From contig CAYXSY010000001.1 in assembly GCA_964467905.1 (NCBI GenBank), forward strand, positions 17,226 to 81,225: a stretch of 64,000 bases of DNA. Direction: 5' to 3'. Position 1 is the stretch's first letter. Each line of letters begins with the position of its first letter. This document shows, piece by piece, positions 53,592 through 62,357 of the stretch. The notes beneath the pieces were generated by a model. The model worked only from the letters and a program-made list of their open reading frames with translations, searched no databases and was not told where the DNA came from. The position numbers and the translations under genes were made by a program. The DNA is from an uncultured Planctomycetales bacterium. Its GTDB lineage: Bacteria > Omnitrophota > Gorgyraeia > Gygaellales > Profunditerraquicolaceae.

Positions 53592-54635
53592 TTAAAACTG
53601 CTCCAAAAACCTAAGGTCATTCTCCAAAAATAAGCGTATGTCATTAATCCGATATTTAAGCATGGCTATCCGGTCAACCCCCATGCCAAAAGCAAACCCA
53701 GTATACTTTTTCGGATCGTAACCTACGTGCTTGAAAACATTGGGGTGGATCATGCCTGAACCTAAGATTTCAAGCCACCCCTTTTTCCCACACGAAGAAC
53801 AACCTTTACCTTTGCACATGATACAGGATATATCCATTTCTGCAGAAGGCTCTGTAAAAGGAAAAAAGTGCGGCCTAAAACGCATCTTTATATCTTTACC
53901 GAATACTGCCTTGGCAAAAGCTTCCAAGATGCCCTTTAAATCTGAAAATTTTATATTAGTATCAATCATAAAACCTTCTATCTGATGGAACATCGAAGAG
54001 TGGCTTGCGTCTGTGGCGTCGGGACGGTAAACTTTACCCGGGACAACAACAGCTAATGGCGGCTTGCGCGATTTCATCACCCTGATCTGCGCCGGAGAAG
54101 TATGACTACGCAATAATAATTTCCCTTCCTTAGAATTAGGGGCTGCAAGACTAAGATTGTCTAAATAAAAAGTGTCGAATGCATCTCTCGATGGATGTTC
54201 CAGCGGAATGTTCAAGCCGGTAAAATTATTAAATTCTGTTTCTATTTCCGGGCCTTCGGCAATAGAGAATCCCATTGCCTTAAAAATACTGCAAATTTCC
54301 TTTGAGACCTGGGTCAAAGGATGTACCCTGCCTATATCCTGCGCTATCCCCGGTAAGTCTAAAACGGTCTCGCTAAACTGTTGTGCACCAGAAGAAAAAT
54401 CGGAAAATATATTTTCTTTCTGTTTTATAATAGCGTTAACCTTGTTCTTAAGTTCATTAACCCTGCGGCCAAATTCAGAACGCCTGGCAGGCTCTATACT
54501 TGGAAAAGATCCGGTTAATTGCGCAACAACTCCCTTCCTCCCCAAATATTTAACACGGAATTCTTCGAGCGATGCTAAAGAATTTATATTTTGCGCTTCG
54601 GAATCTAATTCTTTTTCAATAAGCTCAATATCCAT
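53592..54635 (-). CDS. pheS: Phenylalanine--tRNA ligase alpha subunit
   Basis: 347-aa ORF with HPL....EI..IF...GF, LRSHTSP.QIR and class II motifs (FRPHFFPFTEPS, GFAFGMGVDRIAM). Confidence 0.92.
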   Translation of the reverse strand: MDIELIEKELDSEAQNINSLASLEEFRVKYLGRKGVVAQLTGSFPSIEPARRSEFGRRVNELKNKVNAIIKQKENIFSDFSSGAQQFSETVLDLPGIAQDIGRVHPLTQVSKEICSIFKAMGFSIAEGPEIETEFNNFTGLNIPLEHPSRDAFDTFYLDNLSLAAPNSKEGKLLLRSHTSPAQIRVMKSRKPPLAVVVPGKVYRPDATDASHSSMFHQIEGFMIDTNIKFSDLKGILEAFAKAVFGKDIKMRFRPHFFPFTEPSAEMDISCIMCKGKGCSSCGKKGWLEILGSGMIHPNVFKHVGYDPKKYTGFAFGMGVDRIAMLKYRINDIRLFLENDLRFLEQF

Positions 54636-55093
54636 AAGAAAATTACTACTCCCAATAAAATTAAGGTTAAAACTACCTTATCTGTGTTAAGGCGCTCTTT
54701 AATATCCCTGCCGGCATTAATTCTGCGCACGGTCTGTGCGTGGATATCCAAATCTCCACCATGAGCAGAGCAGGCCCGATTAAAAATACCGGTTACCTCC
54801 AAAATATCGCCTTTTGATTTATAGCTCCCGCTGTATTCTATAATCTTGGAATCATCAGCGCTCATCCATATACCTATTGCATTAGAACCATCGTTTAAAT
54901 TAACCCATGCGGAAGCCCCTCTAATCATAACGTCACCAATAACCTCGCCCTTATAAAATATTTCCTTGCCATCATAGACCTTGGCGTTACTCAATAACTC
55001 GGAGCTAGAGACTACCGGTTGCGCTAAACATAAAGATGTAGATAAACATAAGAATAACAATATGATTAATATTGAGATCGTTGACTTAATCAT
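54605..55093 (-). CDS. Membrane-anchored secreted protein with OB-fold-like core (signal peptide plus C-terminal TM), function unknown
   Basis: The track ORF extends to 55225 inside trkH. The internal ATG 55093 gives MIKSTISILIILLFLCLSTSLCLAQP.. and overlaps the trkH stop by 4 nt. The C-terminal helix is VVLTLILLGVVIFLWILSLL. The 3' end overlaps the pheS start by 31 nt. Confidence 0.5.
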   Translation of the reverse strand: MIKSTISILIILLFLCLSTSLCLAQPVVSSSELLSNAKVYDGKEIFYKGEVIGDVMIRGASAWVNLNDGSNAIGIWMSADDSKIIEYSGSYKSKGDILEVTGIFNRACSAHGGDLDIHAQTVRRINAGRDIKERLNTDKVVLTLILLGVVIFLWILSLLKKN

Positions 55094-56592
55094 TTTCCCC
55101 TCACCACTGCCACGAAAACCCCTAGCAAGGTAAATATAGACATAAATTCCAGACGCCCTGCCCACATTTGTATTATATAAACTATCTTTAGAACGTCCGG
55201 CATGGATGTATTCGTTATCCCGCAAGACAATCCGACATTTGCTGCTGCAGAAGTAGATTCAAATAATGCGCTTAAGAATGGGTACCCTAACCATACAGCT
55301 ACTATGGCGCCTAAAAAATATAATCCTATATATAGCAAGCTCATGGTTGCTGCTGAACGCACCTGCGCATCCTCCAAAATCGTGTCTTTTATATGATGAA
55401 ACTTCTGGACGATTATTGCTCTCTCCGGCAACATTATTTTCTTTACATCCTGAACCAGCGCCTTAAAAATAATACTTATACGCAACATTTTTATAGCACC
55501 GGTAGTAGAACAAATGCTCCCCCCCAAAGCCATAGCACAAATAATACCGAACACAGATAAAACACTCCATTCGTTCATAAACTGTAGGGAGTAAATTGTC
55601 TGATAACCCGTGCCTGTTTGGGCTGATATGAACTGATAAAATCCCTTTCTGAATAAAATCACTGCTCCGGGATAAACCTGAAATTTAAAAAGGCCCAAAC
55701 AAACCACAAAGAATGTTATAAGAATGGCGATAAAAAAAGTGCGTGTTTCTAAATTCCTGAAGATCTCCCTACGATTCCCCATCCATAAATGATAGTGCAG
55801 CTTAAAATTAATTGCGCCTAAAATCATCAAGATTACGGTTACGGTCTCAAATAGAAAGCTATGATAATAAAGAATGCTTTGGGAGTTAGGGGTAAAACCT
55901 CCAGTATCAAAGGCAGCCATAAAAATACATGCCCCATGGAAAAAAGCACTACTTAATTTCTGGCCATCAACAATGCCTATTAACCCAAGAATCAGAGTCC
56001 CCAAAACCAGATAAACGACACTAACGAGCCATATAAATCTGGAGGTGTCTATTACATTAGGCATGATTCTTTCCTCGCGCGCCTCTCCTACATACATCTT
56101 AAAGGCCCCCGAAAAACCCTTAACAAAAAAAGACAAAGCGACTATAACTATGCCTTGTCCACCTATAAACATAGTTAGATGTCTCCAAATATTGTGGGCA
56201 AATGATAAGTGGTCTAAATCCTGTACCAGCGCCAGGCCTGTCGTGGCAAAACCAGACATAGCGTCAAAACAGGCATCTAGATAGCCTGCCCAATGTCCGC
56301 TAAGATATAAAGGAATGGCGCCCAGCAAAGCGGCAACTACCCATGATAAAGAAACAACCACCATGCCATGCATCCAGTTAAGGTCTCTGTCGGTATAACA
56401 AAGTTTTCTTAAGATAAGAGAAAAGATGAAGGCTACTTCTATGGCGATGATAAAATCCAACACAGGATTTATTTCCCAATAAGCAAGGCCAATAAGAATA
56501 GGCACAATCATGGTAATACCTAAACCAAAAATGATTTTGCTTAAGTAATATCCTACTATTTTAGCATCTTCTAGGCGGGGTTTAAGAATCAT
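55090..56592 (-). CDS. trkH: TrkH/KtrB-family potassium transporter membrane subunit
   Basis: 500-aa polytopic ORF with repeated selectivity-filter-like motifs (SGFATTGL, FDTGGF, AQTGTGY, ANVGLS). Confidence 0.88.
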   Translation of the reverse strand: MILKPRLEDAKIVGYYLSKIIFGLGITMIVPILIGLAYWEINPVLDFIIAIEVAFIFSLILRKLCYTDRDLNWMHGMVVVSLSWVVAALLGAIPLYLSGHWAGYLDACFDAMSGFATTGLALVQDLDHLSFAHNIWRHLTMFIGGQGIVIVALSFFVKGFSGAFKMYVGEAREERIMPNVIDTSRFIWLVSVVYLVLGTLILGLIGIVDGQKLSSAFFHGACIFMAAFDTGGFTPNSQSILYYHSFLFETVTVILMILGAINFKLHYHLWMGNRREIFRNLETRTFFIAILITFFVVCLGLFKFQVYPGAVILFRKGFYQFISAQTGTGYQTIYSLQFMNEWSVLSVFGIICAMALGGSICSTTGAIKMLRISIIFKALVQDVKKIMLPERAIIVQKFHHIKDTILEDAQVRSAATMSLLYIGLYFLGAIVAVWLGYPFLSALFESTSAAANVGLSCGITNTSMPDVLKIVYIIQMWAGRLEFMSIFTLLGVFVAVVRGK

Positions 56593-56705
56593 ATCTTAAA
56601 TGAGATGACCAGGCAAATCAGAAAGGCTGCCAGCATTATCGATAAAGCATAAATAAGCTCAACCATGATGCCTGTAGTTATATTAAAGACGGTTTTTGTT
56701 TTCAT
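56589..56705 (-). CDS. Unannotated 38-codon hydrophobic small ORF between trkA and trkH
   Basis: My translation is MKTKTVFNITTGIMVELIYALSIMLAAFLICLVISFKI. Its ATG overlaps the trkA TGA (ATGA) and its TGA overlaps the trkH ATG (ATATGA), filling the whole gap. It is below the 60-aa cut-off of the ORF track. Confidence 0.45.
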   Translation of the reverse strand: MKTKTVFNITTGIMVELIYALSIMLAAFLICLVISFKI

Positions 56706-57364
56706 ATCTTACCGATTAATATATTCAACAATTGCTGTTCGTTGCCGACAACAGTCAGGGCTACTATATCATCCCCTGATTTCAAAACAGTGTTACCTTT
56801 AGGAACGATAACTTCTTCTCCGCGGACTATTGAAACCAACACAGAATCTTCCGGCAAGCGTATTTGATATATTTGCTTATTAATTACGGGGGAGTCTTCC
56901 GGAAGATCCACGCGCACAATGGCTAATTTTCCCCGCTTAAAGCTCATCAGATTAACAAAGTCCGAAAACGAAACTTCTTCTTCTATAATCTTGGATATTA
57001 TGGTGGTAGAGTTAACCGGGATATCAACCCCTAATTCGGCAAATGTTCTTTCGTTATCCGGGTTATTCACCCTGCCGACCGTCCGGCGTACATTGAACTT
57101 CTCTTTGGCTAACTGACAGATTATTAAGTTATCCTCGTCTTCACCAGTAACCGAAGCTAAAACATCGGCTTTTTCTATTCCTGCTTCTTCTAGAATGCGC
57201 GGCTCACAGGCATCTCCGTTAATCACTAAAGCTTCTATTTCCTTAGCGACCTCCTCGCAAAGCACTCTATCTTTATCTATTATGGCCACGGAATGCTTAT
57301 TCTGGCAAAGCCTCTTAGCTAAAGAAAACCCTACTTTCCCAGCCCCTACAACTATAATATACAT
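56702..57364 (-). CDS. trkA: Trk system NAD-binding subunit TrkA (RCK N+C domains)
   Basis: MYIIVVGAGKVGFSLAKRL (Rossmann GxGxxG) with a TrkA-C region. ATG 57364 has GGAGA 6 nt upstream. The track start at 57400 is a TTG. Confidence 0.88.
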   Translation of the reverse strand: MYIIVVGAGKVGFSLAKRLCQNKHSVAIIDKDRVLCEEVAKEIEALVINGDACEPRILEEAGIEKADVLASVTGEDEDNLIICQLAKEKFNVRRTVGRVNNPDNERTFAELGVDIPVNSTTIISKIIEEEVSFSDFVNLMSFKRGKLAIVRVDLPEDSPVINKQIYQIRLPEDSVLVSIVRGEEVIVPKGNTVLKSGDDIVALTVVGNEQQLLNILIGKI

Positions 57365-57418
57365 ATCAGTTCTCCGGTTAACCTTATGTGTATAAGGCAA
57401 AAATAAACCGCAAAAATA

Positions 57419-58066
57419 TCATTGCAAATCAAAACGCTCTTTAATTTGTTTTAAGCTAGCCACCTTCACAACGGCCATTAAAGTATCTTTGGGATTTAAA
57501 ATAGTGGAGGCCTCCGGGAGAATAACCCCCTCCATACTTCTTATAGCCACGACCAAAAGCTCACCCGGAACATTAACCTCCTGTACGCTCTTGCCTGCCA
57601 ACTGTTCTTTAACTTCTATTTCGATAACTCCCAGTTCGCGGGTCTCAATCAGATAACTGGAAAAACGGCTTTCTATAATCTTGTCTCTTAGCATTGACGC
57701 AAAAAGAATTGTCCCGCTGATAATATCTAATCCTAAAGCAGTATAAATATACGCCCTTTGAGGATCATAAATGCGCGCTATTACTTTCGGGACATTAAAT
57801 ATCTTCTTGGCCACCTGAGCGGAAATAAGGTTTGTGTTATCTCCGTTGGTGACAGCGCAAAAAGCATCGGCTTTTTCTATTCCTGCCTGTTTAAGCAATC
57901 CCAAATCAAAACTATTGCCCACTAAGGTCAGGCCGTTAAAGGTATTGCCCAGCCGGTCGAAAGCGCTGTGATTTCTATCAATAATCACCACATTATGGCC
58001 TTCTGCAGACAAAAGCTTTGCCAATTCCGAACCCACCCTGCCGCAACCGACTATAATTACATACAT
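57419..58066 (-). CDS. trkA: Trk system NAD-binding subunit TrkA (second paralog)
   Basis: 215-aa ORF starting MYVIIVGCGRVGSELAKLL, with a TrkA-C region. Confidence 0.88.
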   Translation of the reverse strand: MYVIIVGCGRVGSELAKLLSAEGHNVVIIDRNHSAFDRLGNTFNGLTLVGNSFDLGLLKQAGIEKADAFCAVTNGDNTNLISAQVAKKIFNVPKVIARIYDPQRAYIYTALGLDIISGTILFASMLRDKIIESRFSSYLIETRELGVIEIEVKEQLAGKSVQEVNVPGELLVVAIRSMEGVILPEASTILNPKDTLMAVVKVASLKQIKERFDLQ

Positions 58067-58083
58067 ATATAGCTCCTCTTAAG

Positions 58084-58187
58084 CCCTAAATTCTAAACTC
58101 TAAATCCTAAACAAATCCAAAACTATAAATCCAAAACCCAAGATAGAAGTTTCGAATTTTGGATTTTGAGTTTGTTTAGAGTTTAGG
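58084..58187. repeat. ~100-bp imperfect hairpin built from CTAAA/CCAAAA short repeats, between rplT and trkA
   Basis: ctaaactctaaa (58093..58104) is exactly complementary to tttagagtttag (58175..58186). Flanking aaatccaaaa / ttttggattt blocks extend the pairing. The element ends ~17 nt before the trkA ATG next to its SD. Confidence 0.75.
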
Positions 58188-58189
58188 TT

Positions 58190-58537
58190 TTATCCTTTGG
58201 CTATCTCTACCAGTCTTTTAAATGCTGCATTATCATTTACTGCCAGATCCGCCAATATTTTTCTATCCAGAACTACCTTGGCTTTCTTTAAGCCATTAAT
58301 GAATTTGCTGTAAGTCAGGCCTTCCTCTCTGCATGCGGCGTTTAAGCGCACTATCCAGAGACTACGTATACTTCTTTTTTTATTACGCCTATCCCGATAA
58401 GCATATTCCATAGCATGCATAAGAGCCCTGCGTGCCTGCTGATATTGCTTACTACGATCGCCCCAATAACCCTTGGTTTTCTTTAATAACCGTTTTTTTC
58501 TTCTTCTTGTAGCTACACTATGTTTAATCTTTGCCAT
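58190..58537 (-). CDS. rplT: 50S ribosomal protein L20
   Basis: 115-aa ORF with [28 protein letters not shown]...A......A..YAYRDRR.KKR. Confidence 0.95.
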   Translation of the reverse strand: MAKIKHSVATRRRKKRLLKKTKGYWGDRSKQYQQARRALMHAMEYAYRDRRNKKRSIRSLWIVRLNAACREEGLTYSKFINGLKKAKVVLDRKILADLAVNDNAAFKRLVEIAKG

Positions 58538-58568
58538 ATGTTATACGCCTCCTTAAAATTGCTTCTTT

Positions 58569-58766
58569 TTATCCGTAAGGCAACATTCTCTTAAGATACT
58601 TCTCCTGTGTGCCTTCAATTACCGCACCCTTACGTAAACGCCTTAATCTCTCCGGCTCCTTGCTGGAAAGAAGATGGCTTTTCCCGGCAGGTGCGTATTT
58701 AATTTTCCCTTTTTTGCTTAATTTGAATCTTTTAGTGACGCCCTTCTTAGTTTTTAATTTTGGCAT
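58569..58766 (-). CDS. rpmI: 50S ribosomal protein L35
   Basis: 65-aa ORF with MPKLKTKKGVTKRFKLSKKGKIKY...GKSHLL..K. Confidence 0.95.
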   Translation of the reverse strand: MPKLKTKKGVTKRFKLSKKGKIKYAPAGKSHLLSSKEPERLRRLRKGAVIEGTQEKYLKRMLPYG

Positions 58767-58872
58767 TTTAATATGGCCGCAAAGTTTTGTCGCGGCAATT
58801 TGTCCGTAATTTAAACGGAGTATCGGTTAATAATATTGTGTTGCAGGCAACGGCACAAAAATACGGCTTCGC

Positions 58873-59379
58873 TTATTTAGGGATCACAACAAAAGAGATA
58901 ACCCTGCCTTCTAATGTCGGCTCTTTCTCTATCTGTCCGTGATTTTGCAGATCGATAATGAATTTATCCAGTATTTTTCTACCTAAATCCATATGCTCCA
59001 TCTGCCTGCCCCTAAAGAAAAGATTGATTTTAACTTTATCCTTTCTCTCCAAAAAAGATGCAGCTTGCTTGACTTTTATTTCATAGTCATGCGTATCTAT
59101 GTTCGGCTTAAGGCGTATTTCTTTTAAACGTCCGTGTTTGTGATGCTTCTTTGATTCCCTTTCCTTTTTCTCTTGATCATATTTAAACTTGCTAAAGTCT
59201 ATTATACGACAAACAGGTGGGCTGGCCTGAGGAGCGACCTCGACTAAATCCAATTCATGCTGATCAGCAATCTCCAGCGCCTTCTGCGTCGGCATCACGC
59301 CTAATTGCGCGCCATCCGGACCCACAAGCCTAACCTCAGGCACGCGTATTCTCTCGTTAATTCGTATAAACTTGTTTAT
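58873..59379 (-). CDS. infC: Translation initiation factor IF-3 (probable non-canonical ATA start)
   Basis: INKFIRINERIRVPEVRLVGPDG..., plus the conserved C-domain. The track start GTG 59388 directly abuts AGGAGG, whereas ATA 59379..59377 lies 8 nt after it. Confidence 0.88.
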   Translation of the reverse strand: MNKFIRINERIRVPEVRLVGPDGAQLGVMPTQKALEIADQHELDLVEVAPQASPPVCRIIDFSKFKYDQEKKERESKKHHKHGRLKEIRLKPNIDTHDYEIKVKQAASFLERKDKVKINLFFRGRQMEHMDLGRKILDKFIIDLQNHGQIEKEPTLEGRVISFVVIPK

Positions 59380-59451
59380 CGTAACCACCTCCTGTTAAAT
59401 TGTTGCATACCGAATACCGCGCAATACGATAATCTGTATGCAAACATGGTT

Positions 59452-61179
59452 TTATTTATAAAGAGCTACCTGTTCTTTTACCTGTGTAATAAATTCGTCC
59501 AGACTGTTACTTACTACCTTATTGCTGCCTCTTTTCCTTACAGAGACACTGCCGGTTTTTAATTCCCTTTCGCCTACAACCAGACAATATGGTATTTTGT
59601 TAAGCTCTGCTTGCCTGATTTTTTTATCAAGCGTTTCGTTACGATCATCAATCTGCACCCTAATCGCATTGTTTTCCAATTTATTCTTTAAATCTAAGCT
59701 GCTATCTCTGAGTGATTCTTTTATCGGAATAATTGCCACTTGAACTGGGGCCAACCAGAGAGGAAAATCGCCTTTATAATGCTCGACCAGCGCCCCGATA
59801 AATCTCTCCAGGCTCCCAAGAAGAACTCTATGCAGCATAATCGGCTGCTTCTCTTTTCCATCGGAATCAACGTAAGAGAGGCCGAATCTCTTAGGCAAAG
59901 CAAAGTCGCATTGGATAGTAGCGCACTGCCACAGCCTTTTTAAAGCATCCTTTAATTTAATATCTATTTTCGGGCCGTAAAAAGCACCTTCGCCCACACT
60001 AATATTATACGCTAAGCCTTTTTCTTTTAAAGAAGTTTCCAGGGCTTGGGTTGCCATCTGCCAATCTTCATCACTGCCTATGGATTTCTCCGGCCGCGTG
60101 CTTAATTCAATATCCACATCCTGAAAGCCGAATATTTTCATGGTGTCAAAAACAAAATCTATAACTCCTTTTATTTCGTCTTTTAACTGCGAAGGCAGAC
60201 AAAATATATGCGCGTCATCCTGAGTAAAGCCACGTACCCTCAATAGCCCATGCAAAACTCCTGCCTTCTCCTGGCGGTATACCGTCCCCAACTCAAATAA
60301 TCTAAGAGGCATGTCCCGGTAGCTGTGAATTTTAGATTTATAAATCAATATATGCCCGGGGCAATTCATCGGCTTTAAAACAAACTCCTTATCTTCTACT
60401 TGAATAGTATACATATTCTCTTTGTAATAATCATAATGCCCGGACGTCTTCCAAAGAGATGCCTCCATAATATGCGGAGTAATTACCATCTGGTATCCGC
60501 GTTTTAAATGTTCCTGCTTTTCGTAATTCTCAATCAGCATTCTCAAAACGGCGCCTTTAGGATGATAAAAAACCAGCCCTGCGCCTGCACCCTGTTGATA
60601 AATATCAAAGAGCTCTAAAGCCGGGCCTAATTTTCTGTGGTCACGCTTTTTTGCTTCCTCTATATTCTTAAGATATTCTTCTAATTCTTCCCGGCTCCGA
60701 AAACAGGTACCATATATTCTCTGTAGCATGGGATTTGTTTCAATGCCATGCCAGTAGGCCCCGGCCACAGAAAGCAGTTTAAATGCTTTAATCTGCGAGG
60801 TCGATTTGATATGCGGACCGCGGCATAAATCTAGGAAGCTATCTCCGGTTTTATAGATAGTGACCTTCTCATCGGATATCTGATTTATCAGGTCTATTTT
60901 ATAATCTTCTTTTAAACCGCCGAATAAAGCCCTTGCCTGATGCTTAGTAAGCTCTTCTTTTACAAAAGGGATGTCTTTTTTGATTATCTGGTTCATCCGT
61001 TCCTGAATTTTTTCCAGATCATCTTCGCTAAAAGGCTCTTTTTTGTCAAAGTCATAATAGAACCCGTCCTCTATTGAAGGGCCTATCCCAAGCTTAACAT
61101 CCGGCCATAGCTCTTTAACTGCCTGCGCCATGACATGAGAACAGCTATGCCTTAAAATGTCTAAATCGTTATTGCTCAT
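59452..61179 (-). CDS. thrS: Threonine--tRNA ligase lacking the N-terminal TGS domain
   Basis: 575-aa ORF beginning at the editing domain (LRHSCSHVMAQAVKELWP = E. coli IRHSCAHLLGHAIKQLWP at ~residue 70). Class II motifs are present (MNCPGH, RVRGFTQDDAHIF, GEGAFYGPKID). Confidence 0.92.
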   Translation of the reverse strand: MSNNDLDILRHSCSHVMAQAVKELWPDVKLGIGPSIEDGFYYDFDKKEPFSEDDLEKIQERMNQIIKKDIPFVKEELTKHQARALFGGLKEDYKIDLINQISDEKVTIYKTGDSFLDLCRGPHIKSTSQIKAFKLLSVAGAYWHGIETNPMLQRIYGTCFRSREELEEYLKNIEEAKKRDHRKLGPALELFDIYQQGAGAGLVFYHPKGAVLRMLIENYEKQEHLKRGYQMVITPHIMEASLWKTSGHYDYYKENMYTIQVEDKEFVLKPMNCPGHILIYKSKIHSYRDMPLRLFELGTVYRQEKAGVLHGLLRVRGFTQDDAHIFCLPSQLKDEIKGVIDFVFDTMKIFGFQDVDIELSTRPEKSIGSDEDWQMATQALETSLKEKGLAYNISVGEGAFYGPKIDIKLKDALKRLWQCATIQCDFALPKRFGLSYVDSDGKEKQPIMLHRVLLGSLERFIGALVEHYKGDFPLWLAPVQVAIIPIKESLRDSSLDLKNKLENNAIRVQIDDRNETLDKKIRQAELNKIPYCLVVGERELKTGSVSVRKRGSNKVVSNSLDEFITQVKEQVALYK

Positions 61180-62248
61180 TTACGAATACGTTGTCTGCCA
61201 AAAGCCCCATCTGTTGGAATTTCTGGAAAAATAAAGGATAAAATTTGATTGATGGCTTTAATTTTCCCACAACCGTTCCGTCTTCTGCAATTTTCTCAAA
61301 ACGGAATGTAAATAAATCATTCAACACTATCTCTTCCCTATCCAATCCGCGTACTTCGGTAATATGGGTTACCTTACGCGTCCCGTCACGCAAACGCTCT
61401 ATATGCACTATCACGTTTATGGTAGAGGCAATAACTTTTCTCACCTCTCCCAGCGGTAAATTAATTCCGGACATCATTACCATTGTCTCCAGGCGCGCAA
61501 GTACGTCTTTCGGAGAATTGCCGTGGACAATACCTATTGTCCCGGTGTGTCCTGTAGCCATAGCCTGAAGCATATCAATTGCCTCTTCTCCCCTGACCTC
61601 CCCGACTATCAGGCGATCCGGAGCCATACGCAGGGCATTACGTATCAAATCACGCAAGGATACGCCCCCTTTACCGTCGGCATCCGGAGTCCGGGTCTCT
61701 AAAGAAATGGTGTTTACTCTCTCTATCTTTAATTCTGCGGCATCTTCAATAGTAATAATACGCTCGTCTTCGGCAAAGAAATATGACAATAGCTGCAAAA
61801 GCGTAGTTTTTCCTACAGCCGTACCGCCAGAAAAAATAATATTAATCTTACCCTTGATGCAGGCAATAATAAGATCTGCTGCTTTCTGTGTCAGTGTGCC
61901 GTTTTTTATTAAATCATCGAGATACTTTATATTCTTAGCAAATTTACGAAACGTTACAGATACGCCGAAACGGGCAAGCGGCGGGATGATTACGTTAACG
62001 CGAGTACCATCTTCCAAGCATACATCGGCAAAGGGCACATCTTTGGCTACACGCTTCCCGTTTGCAGCATAAATATTTTCTACAAACTTAAAAAGATCTT
62101 CCTCGTTCTTAAACTTGACATCAGTAAGTATTTTTTTGCCTTTTTTTTCGGCAAAAACCTTCTGAGAACCGTTAATCATTATTTCGGAAACTTCCGGATC
62201 ATCGATGAGCTTCTGAATAGGACCTAAGCTTATTGCTTCTTTGGTCAT
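61169..62248 (-). CDS. CpaF/TadA/VirB11-family secretion ATPase (orphan)
   Basis: 359-aa ORF with EIMINGSQKVF, Walker A GGTAVGKTT, Asp box IITIEDAAEL and His box. Its 3' end overlaps the thrS start by 11 nt. Confidence 0.8.
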   Translation of the reverse strand: MTKEAISLGPIQKLIDDPEVSEIMINGSQKVFAEKKGKKILTDVKFKNEEDLFKFVENIYAANGKRVAKDVPFADVCLEDGTRVNVIIPPLARFGVSVTFRKFAKNIKYLDDLIKNGTLTQKAADLIIACIKGKINIIFSGGTAVGKTTLLQLLSYFFAEDERIITIEDAAELKIERVNTISLETRTPDADGKGGVSLRDLIRNALRMAPDRLIVGEVRGEEAIDMLQAMATGHTGTIGIVHGNSPKDVLARLETMVMMSGINLPLGEVRKVIASTINVIVHIERLRDGTRKVTHITEVRGLDREEIVLNDLFTFRFEKIAEDGTVVGKLKPSIKFYPLFFQKFQQMGLLADNVFVNEQ

Positions 62249-62283
62249 TTTTAGCTCCTCATTTTAGAAAAATATTTAAAAAA

Positions 62284-62357
62284 TGGGCGGTACAGGACTC
62301 GAACCTGTGACCCTCACAATGTCAATGTGATACTCTAACCAACTGAGCTAACCGCCC
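62284..62357 (-). tRNA. tRNA-Val (anticodon GAC)
   Basis: Hand-folded: acceptor GGGCGGT/ACCGCCC, D arm GCTC-AGTTGGTTA-GAGT, anticodon arm TCACA-TTGACAT-TGTGA, T arm ACAGG-TTCGAGT-CCTGT. Confidence 0.88.

Noticed and set aside
13149-58187. Classifying the long intergenic hairpins as ordinary rho-independent terminators.
   Set aside because: On the transcribed (minus) strand none is followed by a U-tract, and the stems are several-fold longer than typical terminators. Each is followed within ~20 nt by the SD and start of a co-oriented gene. Only 35966..35999, and the 3' end of the candidate sRNA, look like classical terminators.
58767-58872. An L20-binding regulatory structure upstream of rpmI.
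   Set aside because: Small stems are visible (GCCGC...GCGGC), but I could not reconstruct the pseudoknot or L20-leader consensus by eye. The evidence is too weak to call.
4521-59903. Short minus-strand alternative-frame ORFs nested in longer genes (4521..4742, 9939..10121, 10168..10359, 24081..24302, 24331..24516, 25325..25558, 52708..52890, 59721..59903).
   Set aside because: They overlap well-supported longer ORFs in a different frame and show no motifs or start signals, so I treat them as frame artefacts.
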